A stretch of DNA of 63,481 nucleotides, the filler included, from Octopus bimaculoides (lineage: Eukaryota): the NCBI RefSeq assembly GCF_001194135.2. It is 4 parts of 3 records of this genome, joined end to end, with 100 filler letters (N's around TTAATTAATTAA, not from the genome) between each part and the next. Parts side by side here need not be neighbours in the genome. Positions count along the whole stretch, not along the records: positions 29,135 to 60,087 come from NC_068983.1; positions 60,188 to 62,241 come from NC_068988.1; positions 62,342 to 63,481 come from NC_068981.1; 1 more part is not named here. One strand, 5' to 3'. Under the pieces are notes generated by a model, which worked only from the letters and a program-made list of their open reading frames with translations, ran no database searches and had not been told where the DNA came from. A program made the position numbers and the translations under genes. Shown here one piece after another: positions 52,721-63,481 of this stretch; the stretch's first letter is position 1; the number at the start of each line of letters is the position of its first letter.

Positions 52721-54049
52721 GAATATGATCATCATTGGGATATGACTCTGGAGGAAGCAATTGCAACAAATTCTGCAAAACAAGTCAGAGATCTGTTTGC
52801 AGATCTTCCCACTCAGGGTCAAGGGCAGCTTTTAAACTAATCCAGAATACTTTTAAATCAACTAAACCGTCACCCTGTGATAATAGATTGCCTTAATTAT
52901 GGACACTACATTAACACAGTGCCCACAATGGGATACGAACTACAACACCATTTCACCAAATAACTACTACAATTAATGCTACTACTACTACTGCTATATT
53001 CGGGCATCTGCAATTCAAGCATCGACTCACCACTAATCTTTTCCACCAATCATATAAATCAAAGCTGTCAATCGGTTCAAAAGAGGAAAATCCTTTATTA
53101 AAAGGCAAGGAATAGCATTAAGTGGTTAACTCTCAACCCAATAAAGAATCATTACCATTGTTATTAATTCGTCTTCATTAGCACAAACACACACACACAC
53201 ACACAAACATGATACGGAAGAAAGCGTGCACATTTGCATGCATGCGTGCATGAGCCTCAGCATATAAATGACTATATACATACATACACACATACACACA
53301 TACACATATACATACATACATACATATATACACTGATACTGATGTACATGCCTGCATGCGCGAATGGTAGACTCTAACTAATGTGTTGATTATAATAATT
53401 TACTAACTATAAGGCTGCCACTCCGAAAGTGTAGGAAATATGGTATCGTCACTAGCCTTCCCATTGTACTGATTTGTTAGTTTCTGAATCAGCTCTGATA
53501 GCTTTCATCAACTGCTGTGATCAAAGAATACATGCAATAACCGCTTAACATAGAGAAAAGAGTGCCTTTTGTTATAACACCGCTTTAATATCAATGTAGA
53601 GTGTTGTTGTTGTTGTTATTATTATTATTGCCTTTTATCCATCAAACGGTCGATAATATAAACAGTAGTAATGCACTTGAGCCGATTAAACTGACGTCAC
53701 CCTCTTCTCTCTTCTTGCTCGATTGCTCAATCAAAAGAAATCATCATCATCAGCATCACCATCATCATAAAATGTATCATCATCATTATCATCATCACCA
53801 TTATTAATTATTAATACTGAAGCTGGTGGTGGAGGGTGTAGTGGTGGTGGTGGTGGTAGCGGTGGCTGTGGTATGCATGATGGTTAGGTTTTTCTTAGCG
53901 CAACCAAACTTTATTATGTCAGCTAGTTTCGATTCTCCATCAGATCCGATTCACTTATGTCATTTGATAAATGCATATACCCTTCGAGGAAAGGCATCAA
54001 ATGTTATCATGGCCACCTGTCTGAATCCCATAATCAATCCAATGCTTAG

Positions 54050-54490
54050 TTGTCACCAGCATCACCTCTATTACCATCACCACTACTACTGCCATTACTA
54101 TCACCACCAGCACCACTGCCATCAGCACCACCTCTATTACCATCACTACTACCACCACCACCACCATTACCGCCATCAACACTACATCTATTACCACCAG
54201 TGCCACTACAATCACCACTGTCATTTCTATTACCACCACTCCACTACCACTACCACCACTACTACTACTACCACCACTACTACTACCACCACTATCACTA
54301 CCAGCACGACCATCAACACTACCTCTATTACCATCACCACCACCACTACTACTGCTACTACTGCTGCTACTACTACTACTACTACCACTACCACCACCAC
54401 CACCATGACCATCAACACTACCTCTATTACCACCAGCACCAGTTGCCACCGCTAAAGCCACCACCACCGCCGCCACCACCACCATCATAA
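54050..54490. repeat. Complex (ACC/ACT) trinucleotide repeat with a recurring ccatcaacactacctctattacca unit
   Basis: Direct reading; the unit recurs about five times. Confidence 0.9.
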
Positions 54491-56272
54491 TCATTCTTTT
54501 AGTTAATAATAAATAAATAAGCCTTTCTAAAGTTCTGAATTGTTATTTCTCCAACAGGTTCTGTGAAGATAATTAAACAAATGATAAGAGTAATTACTAA
54601 AAAACATTGATTGCTTTAACACTAACCGTATTTAATTTGCGGTATAAAAACATTATGTATGTGATGTAAGAGAACCACAACTGATGGAGTATCTAACCAC
54701 TGACGGAAAGGTTGATATTATTGTACGGGTCTTTTAAGGTGCTGAGTTGGCTGAATCGTTAGCATACCTGACAAAATGCTTATTAGCATTTTGTGTGTCT
54801 TTATGTTCTGAGTTCAAATTCTGCTGAGGTTAACTTTCATCTTTTCGGAGCTGATAAAATAAATACCAGTTGAGCACTAGGGTCGATGTAATTGATTTCC
54901 CCATGCACCAAAATTGCTGGCCTTGTGCCAAAATAAGAAAGGATTATTGTACAGTCCTTCGAGAGACTTTCTGAACATTGGCTCAGTCAATCTAACTGTA
55001 AAACAGTAATTACAGTTAAGCACATCTCATCATAATCGCCTGTAAATTGCACTTGCATGTGCCACGATGAACGTTGCATTACATATCAAGTTCCATCATC
55101 AGATGAGATACGGAGAGAGTTAATATGAGAGGTGCTGGTTGAGTGCACATACTAGGCTTGGCGTCTGGCAACAAGTGAAGGAACACTGCACACATACAGT
55201 GAGAGAAGATGATGGAGGCAGAGGAGGAGGAGGGGGAAATGGGAGGAGTCATACAAATGAGACATTTGATTTTATTTTAAATATTTTTCTCTTGAACAGT
55301 TTGTAAAAAGCACCAAGAAATTTGACAAAAGTTAGACTATAATTATTGTATGCATCATTTCTGGTATTATTCATTGTGGCAAGTGTACTTTCAAAGTTAC
55401 ACACACAGAGACACACACACACATTTAATATACAGTATAAAATAAGAGCTAATAGTTTCTTGCTGTGAAGACACGTGTCTAGGCAAGTTTTTATAATACG
55501 CCAATCTTCAGGCTGCCTAAACACGTGGCTTCATAACAAGAAATTATTAGTAGCTCATACCTTTTAAACTGTGTACATTAAACGATATTTATCTCTTACT
55601 GGATGGTTGAGTAAGTCTCATAAACAAAAGGAGCACACAGTATTTAATATCTATATAATTGTAATATGGACATTTTACTTCGCGCTTTCAATAAACTCCA
55701 ACGAAAATTTGCATAAGATTAGGTTCATAAAACCGTCAGATATAACATGACTATAGCTTGCAGTTGCCCAGGGCATGATGACACATGTTATGTTCCATCG
55801 TCAGTGATCACCAGCTGTTGTGGCATCACAATACACAAAGGACATGTAATGGGTGTCGCTTATGATAATTGAGAGATGGAATCTTTTAGGTAATAATAAC
55901 CAGTTGATAACATCTGTGATTATAATAAGCAGCTTCAACTGTATATAAGCACAAGTGTTCGTTACTTCTGCATATCGTAAAAGATCTTATTCGCATCGTC
56001 CAGTCTCAAAGCAATCATTAGTTGTTTTTGAACCATCACAGCAACGTTGCAGAAATATTGTTACTGTAACCCCAAATCCTAACCCTAGCTATGCGTTTTT
56101 AGTTTTATTTTCTTCATTTCCCAATGGTGCGCAAAAACTGTTTACAAGGCGCCATTGTTATAAAAGGAAAAAAAAACACCAACAGAAAACTGAGTTTTGT
56201 AGAGTTGCATAATGAAAGTTAAGCCAAGTCAAATTTGTAACTAAAATCTATAGTTCCATTTGGTGATGGCTA

Positions 56273-56408
<136 letters not shown>

Positions 56409-56802
56409 CAAGGGGGAAGTAATTATTGCTTGATCGTTTATATTTCTATGTAATACCATATGATCAATGTATTGATGATGTTCATTATTTGAGTTATGTA
56501 ATAGGTACAATAAAGGTTAACTCTAAGCTTTCATCAGACGGAAGTTATCTAGATAAGAGAGAGGTATGTATGTTTTTGTTTTTATTTTATTTATTTATTT
56601 TTTTTAATGAAATGGTTCTTCCCACTGATTTTTCATCAAATGATACGAAAACTTTCCAGAACATTACGTGATTATGAAGCCAACAACAGAATAGTTAGTA
56701 TTAATGGGTGTTCAACACAGCTAAATGTTGTTGTCTGAGTGTATATTCTAAGAGAATCGATCTAATGAAGGAAATAATGAAATAAAACAATTTTTAATAA
56801 TA

Positions 56803-56835
<33 letters not shown>

Positions 56836-58328
56836 TTATAACAACTTTCATTCAGAAGAAAGATTTTCTTTCAAGTTTTGTGTGAATAGCAAGTTGACAC
56901 GTCAAAGCTATAGTGTGACTGCCATAACAGCTACCACCAGCGCCGACTGGCGGTTTTTGATAGAGGCTCCCTGGCAGCCGCCATAAATCGGTCCCTTTTA
57001 TCTTTGTTTGATGTCGGTTGAAAGGATAGGGCCAACGTCGATTAAAACAAACAAGATAATCTTCAGTACAAGCAGACCTATTCATAATGTATTCCACAGA
57101 AGTTGATCAAAAGAACAGCTTCACATATCGGAATTAATTCGCTCTATTATTTTGGTGCTATCTTTGAATTTTCGGTTGGGTTAGGGAGAAAATATTTTCA
57201 CTAAACAACACTTTGATTATAAAATGTATGCAGTTGTTTTTCTTCTATTTTTATTCTCCATTTTCTATTTAATTCTATGTTTCTCATACAATTTCTCTAT
57301 GTGTGATCGCATATGAATCAAAAAAGCCAATATGTACGTTTTTGCCATACGAACTACTCACAAGCGCATCTATTACCTTTCATATGCATACAAATTTACA
57401 AGTATGCCTATATTCTGCTGTCAGATAAAATATCCGTCGATAAAAATAAAATATAAAAATTGATTAATAACTATAACAAAATAAAACAAACAAAAAAAAC
57501 AGAAGGGAAAACGACCACCACTGATTTAATTCCAACTTTTAATCGGCAGATCAGAAGATAGATTAAAACTAGTAGGGGTGCATGATTAAAGCTAAGCGTA
57601 TCTGGATGGTTCAAAGTAACTTAGAAATTCCGAAATAAAAATAAAAAGTCGATTGCGTGTAAAGGAAACGAGCTGCTAGTTATAACCTCTTGTTAGTTTA
57701 TAATATAATCAGTCTTGCATTATTATTTGGACGGCTGGAGTAACGAGCGCTTTGGAACAGACGTAAGTTTTGAGCGAGCAGAACCTGCAAATGTAGTTTC
57801 GATTTTCACTCAGAACCATTTCACAGGACTCATGACCATAATACTCTTCCACCCATATCCTACACAAATGTTTTTTGACTGAGTTAGAAATGCCAGCAAA
57901 AAATCTCTCACATATCTCTTAAAATGCAAAGCACATACTGGTAAAGTCCCAGATACCATATGTCAGAAACAAAAGGCGGAATGATCATGATTGGAATGCC
58001 TTCAACCAAAAGTCTGCTTGATCTTCTCTGGGGTTAAAAACAACAATAACAATACACTTTGACGTTTTATAACTTTCAGGTAAAAGTACTCAACGGACAC
58101 AGTGATAAATAATGTACAGTTGAAGTAAGTTCTGCGAAAAGTGACTATACTATCTGGTTTCGATTCTTGCTTGAAATAATTTCATTTCAATCATTTTGAC
58201 AGACATATGTAAAAGGTGCAAAACATCACAACTATGTTCATCCAGGTCAAGCACATTCCAGTTTCAATTTACAATAAATTATGTTCGGTTAGTATTCATT
58301 TATTTATATTCTGCCAAATCTTCTAAAC

Positions 58329-58624
58329 CAGGGGTTTTCAAACTTTTTGACTTGCGGACCCCTTTATATTTCAGGCTTTACCTTAGAGACTCCCTTATAA
58401 ATGCTTATGAAATTTATACATAAATATTTGTTTAAAATAGCATATATTTTTACATTTATTTATTTAACAGTATTTGACAAATAGGTTTATTGTCAATTAA
58501 AAGATTTCGATTAAAAAACATACATAAAATCAAATTGCTCATAAAAAGCATTTGCTGCCCACGGACCCCCTGTCTTGTCCTTGCGGACCCCCTGTGGTGC
58601 GCGGACCACAGTTTGAAAACCCTG
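58329..58624. mobile_element. hAT-type MITE (296 bp) with a perfect 8-bp target-site duplication
   Basis: TIRs caggggttttcaaact / agtttgaaaaccctg; TSD ttctaaac at 58321-58328 and 58625-58632; internal gcggaccc(c) subterminal repeats. Confidence 0.92.
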
Positions 58625-58699
58625 TTCTAAACAATAGCGTACACCTTATCGTCATCATGGCATTTACACTTACCACGTTGTAATCATAACAATACAGTT

Positions 58700-59695
58700 A
58701 CACTCATCTCTCACCATCCTGATATTTAAACCTTTCTCTCTTTCTCTCCACTACCATAACGTTGAACCTTTCGCTCCTTCCTCTCTGCCATCGTGATAAT
58801 ACACCTCCCTCTCCTTCATAGCCATCAGCATGACATCACACTTTCCTCGCTCTTTTCTTCCCTTCTGTCATCATGACATTACACCCTTCCTCTCCCTTAC
58901 TGTCACCATGACATTACACTCCACTTAACTTTATCTCACCATGATATTACATCTTCCGCACCTCTCCACTATTATTATGACGTAACATCTTCATCTTCTT
59001 CACTATCATTAAGACATATTACCATCCTCTCCTCCACCGTCGCTATGATATTAGGCTTTCCTCTCCTCCACCGTCATTATATTAGACCTTCTTCTCCTAC
59101 ACTGTCATTATGATATTTTACCTTCCTCTTCTCCAACGTCATTATATTAGACCTTCCTCTCCAAGTGACATGATATTAGACCTTCTTCTCCTCCATCGTC
59201 ATTATATTTGATCTTCCCCTCCTCCGCCGTCATTATGTTAGACCTCCCCCCTCCACCGTCATTATATTAGGCCTTCCCTCCCTCTACTGTCACATTAGAC
59301 CTTCCCTTGCTCCGCCGTCATTACGATATTTGACCATCCTCTCTTCCACTGTCATTATGATATAAGACCTTCCTCTCCTCCAACATCTTATAATATTAGA
59401 TCTTCCTTTCCTCCACCGCCATTACATTTGACCTTCCTCTCCTCCACTATCATTATGATGTTAGACCTTTCTCTCCTCTACCGTCATAATGACGATCATT
59501 ATGATATTTTACCTTCCCCTGCAGCATCGTCATTATATTAAACCTCCTCCACCATCATCATTATTATCATATCAAATTTTCTCCTTCACCATCGTCATTA
59601 TATTTGTCCTTTCCCCTACTCCCCAATCATCATGATATTAGACCTTCCTCTCTTCCACCGTCATTATGACATAATGCCTTCCCCTCACCCCTCTC
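58700..59695. repeat. Degenerate minisatellite, unit accttcctctcctccaccgtcattat(gat)attag (31 or 34 bp)
   Basis: About 25-30 diverged copies by eye; best conserved at 59020-59500, eroding toward 58700. Confidence 0.88.
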
Positions 59696-59967
59696 TTTTA
59701 CTATTCTTGACAATACATGCTCATCATCATAATTCACTGTGCATAGCTTTTTGTATACTTTCCCTATGAGGTTTACATACAGGTTCAGAATGTGCAGGTT
59801 CATCTTTTATCTTTTACTTACACTGCGATCACTCGGAGACCACCGCCTTAAATTTTTAGTCGAAAGTTATTGTTCCTTTTTTCTTTCTTTTTGCCGAACC
59901 GCTAGTTTACGGGGACATAAACACACCAACACTAGTTGTGAAGTGGTGGTGAGGGACAAACGCAGAC

Positions 59968-59998
<31 letters not shown>

Positions 59999-60888
59999 TA
60001 ACACACACATATGTGTATGTGTGGAGGCACAATGGCCCAGTAGTTAGTGCAGCGGACTCGCGGTCATAGGATCGCGGTTTCGATTCCNNNNNNNNNNNNN
60101 NNNNNNNNNNNNNNNNNNNNNNNNNNNNNNNTTAATTAATTAANNNNNNNNNNNNNNNNNNNNNNNNNNNNNNNNNNNNNNNNNNNNATTCAAAATTTTC
60201 TTTATGCTAGGCCACTGGTTTTAAATTGGTGTTAATTAAATTCATATCCAATTTATCACTTTTATTTAAATATATTTATGTATATATATATATATATAAA
60301 TATATATTTTCCAGCAGCATTTGAGTGCACACCTCGTTGGATGGTGTAGGTATATTTTTAGTGGAGCAGTCGAGGCAAAGCTTTCCATATTTATGAGAGA
60401 CCTGTGGTTTCCGTAAGTATATATAACCGCGGCCAACTGGTAATCTATTAAACATAAACCACATGGTCTATGTAAAACAACTGAGAGACGACGGGATTCC
60501 ATACTCGATCTCATAGAAAATCCTCGAGATCCCATGCCCCTACATCAACGGGACAAAACGGTGCACTCCCTCGAATAAGGGACATCCTTAACTCCAGAAC
60601 GAAGATATTCGGGTCATGTCTACATTTAAGGAGGTTCCTGCTATCTTTTTGGAGGCCACAAGATGGCGGCACAGCCGGAAGTCAATAGCCGATAGGCAAG
60701 GGAGATAATCCCTAATGTTACCCTTGAGTAGTGAGGCATTTCCTCCTCCATACTTTAAAGAGGTATTGGGCCAATATGGGCGATACGCCATAAAGCTAAA
60801 CCTTTCATGGACGGGAAACCCACCGTAATTCCATAAACCGGCTTTTCCCAGTTTTCTATGTACACACACGCACACACACACAGACACA

Positions 60889-60932
<44 letters not shown>

Positions 60933-61668
60933 TATTAAAATAGATAGTGGATATTCACATTAGTGTTTCATCAGTGTTTCAAATATAAAATTGTGAGTCG
61001 TTTTCTTTATGACTATAAAAAGTTACGGTTCCCTGTTCAAATACAGCTTTTATTAAATACACATCCAAGAAAATATAAGTGTAGAAAAGTAAATGAATAA
61101 ACCAGCTCCAGTTTCCTTAGGAATAAACAATATTTTGATATATANNNNNNNNNNNNNNNNNNNNNNNNNNNNNNNNNNNNNNNNNNNNNNNNNNNNNNNN
61201 NNNNNNNNNNNNNNNNNNNNNNNNNNNNNNNNNNNNNNNNNNNNNNNNNNNNNNNNNNNNNNNNNNNNNNNNNNNNNNNNNNNNNNNNNNNNNNNNNNNN
61301 NNNNNNNNNNNNNNNNNNNNNNNNNNNNNNNNNNNNNNNNNNNNNNNNNNNNNNNNNNNNNNNNNNNNNNNNNNNNNNNNNNNNNNNNNNNNNTTTGTAA
61401 TATACCCCTAATATTAAAATTGTCTCCACCCTTGCCTTGAATCTTCTAGTCAGGTTCTTTACTAGCTTTACCGACTCACACAAACCCTTTGGTTCTTTCC
61501 ATGTGTATTACGTCTAAAGTTACCAAACGAAATATTTTATACGAAATAACATCTGGTACATATGATTTGAAAGACACATTAACACGCTGTTAGCTTAAAC
61601 GAAATCAAGGCTATTGGATAACGCCATGCGTAACTTAATATCGTCATAGATGTAGACTGAGAAGGTTA

Positions 61669-61670
<2 letters not shown>

Positions 61671-61767
<97 letters not shown>
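61671..61767. repeat. (TAT)n microsatellite
   Basis: Direct reading. Confidence 0.98.
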
Positions 61768-62341
61768 CACAGGATTGGCCGAGCTGTATGTGATAAAACA
61801 TATGTAATAGAGAATTTAATAGTCTCGTCCTTTTCTTTCTTTATTTCCTCTTTGTACTACCGTCTGTTCTTCCCTCCTGTGTTCCTTTCCTTAAAGATAT
61901 CGCTTCATATGGATATGTTTCTTTGCGGTGTAGTCATGTTTCGCTGTATACATTACACACACCGAAAAATATAAACCAATAAATAGGCATTAAAATCGCA
62001 TATATATTAAACATAATATGTTAAATACATTCAATCATAGAAACGCATACAGAGTCACACAGACGCACACACATGCGCACACGCTCGTGCATACACATAC
62101 ACATCCATATATACGCACACACAAACATATGTATGAAAATGTCTGTGTATGCGTGTGTATGCAAGTACGCATTTGCGATGTAAGTCTATGTGTGCATATA
62201 TGCATGTTTGTTTGTGCTGGTATATGTATATATATATATATNNNNNNNNNNNNNNNNNNNNNNNNNNNNNNNNNNNNNNNNNNNNTTAATTAATTAANNN
62301 NNNNNNNNNNNNNNNNNNNNNNNNNNNNNNNNNNNNNNNNN

Positions 62342-62597
62342 CAGTAGTTTTATTTTTATAACGTGCTTTCACTTCACTACCGAGCGCAGCTCTGTGTGCC
62401 TTGGGTATGTGCTGTGGTTTGCTTTGATGCTCTTATGGTTACTGTATTGAAAGTGTTTTGCGTAGGATGTGTGCAGTGCCCAGTAGTGCAATTTTCTGTA
62501 TGTTATATATATTTGTAATTTCTCGTGTTTTTGTTATGTGTTTGTCTGAATATCTTTTTATTATATCTAAGGCACCTACTATGATAGGAATTGTTTC
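62342..62597 (-). mobile_element. 5'-truncated R4/Dong-type LINE 3' end next to a (TAT)n tract
   Basis: ETIPIIVGAL...IQKIALLGTAHILRKTLSIQ* plus 3' UTR; on the minus strand it is directly preceded by (ATA)n at 62598-62657. Confidence 0.8.
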
Positions 62598-62610
62598 TAT
62601 TATTATTATA

Positions 62611-62657
<47 letters not shown>

Positions 62658-63481
62658 CACTGATATCACTGATATTATTGTTTTAATTTTTTTTACTATT
62701 TGTCATTATTATATTAACAGACTCAGAGGTTACACAGGCCTCTGCAGGGCAGAGGTGGCACCAACTTCTTGCGATGTTCACATGGACAGCCGCATAGAAA
62801 ATGACACTATTTGATCTGACCTTCCTCAGCGATGTTCTGTAATGCTGAACGACTTTCCAGAGAGTCCATTGCTCACTTGTAATCTTCTTCGGTGAACAGG
62901 CTCTTCTTCAGTATTCTATCGCCGTTGTCAATTACTGCCTTTATTGTTGTATCTCTGTATGGTAGCAGCAGTGGTGGTAGCAGCAGCAACAGTAGTAGGG
63001 GTGGGGGTAGTGTTAGTAGTGGTAGTTGGGCCTCAGATTCCTGTGCTATCAGAATAGTAGGAGCTGTAGTATTAGTAGCTGCAGCATATTATCATTATTT
63101 TTTTATCATTATCACTATCACCACCACTACTATTGTTATTATCATTAATACTATTTCCATTTATTAAAAGATTTTATTAAATGTTCTTTATTTTCAACTT
63201 TCATCCTGTACTTGGGATAATCGTAAATATGTAGTTGTTGAAGGAAACAGTTGAGGGAAGCTTGGTGAATAGATCAAATTCTACAGGTCTATAAATAGAT
63301 TCGGCAGATGGTGGGAAGGTCAGCCACAGAGACAAAAGAATCTTCGCACCCTTTGGGTCAGCAGAGGTCAAATGTGTTTACTACTACCAGCGACCATTGA
63401 AAACGCTGCACTTGGTCTTGAAAAGAAGCAATTCAACATGTTCTATTTGTAATTACTGGTAGAAAAAACAATAATATATAT

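Noticed and set aside
53692-53699. Perfect CRE palindrome tgacgtca (others near 6293 and 41817)
   Set aside because: An 8-mer can occur by chance in 63 kb, and the other two copies lie in or at the edge of repeats; no supporting context.
53826-54494. 209-aa His/Thr-rich ORF and overlapping ORFs, suggestive of a mucin or His-rich protein
   Set aside because: Open on both strands and in several frames because of trinucleotide repeats; no splice or start context.
58700-59695. Regularly spaced ~31-34-bp repeats as a possible CRISPR array
   Set aside because: No unique spacers, degenerate units, eukaryotic context and no cas genes.

Overview
AT-rich (animal) eukaryotic genomic DNA from a gapped draft scaffold, dense in microsatellites, tRNA-derived SINEs and decayed LINE, Penelope and DNA-transposon remnants. 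The repeat families suggest an octopus or other coleoid cephalopod (inference, not verified). The one host gene I can support is on the minus strand. A 240-bp exon (37602-37841) has canonical splice sites and encodes the transmembrane and juxtamembrane region of a p75 neurotrophin receptor (NGFR/TNFRSF16)-like protein: IPIYCALLGAVVCGL versus human IPVYCSILAAVVVGL, and RDSGIVYDDS versus human SDSGISVDS. It is followed by a phase-compatible candidate last coding exon (35232-35431) that ends in a stop codon without any death domain. I found no cysteine-rich ectodomain exons in the 25 kb upstream. Just downstream of the stop lie two fold-back elements, one built from two mariner 5' halves, which could form long dsRNA in the 3' UTR. 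Most ORFs in the supplied track are microsatellite or N-gap artefacts. There are no CRISPR arrays, rRNA genes or bona fide tRNA genes. Repeat boundaries were read by eye and are approximate.
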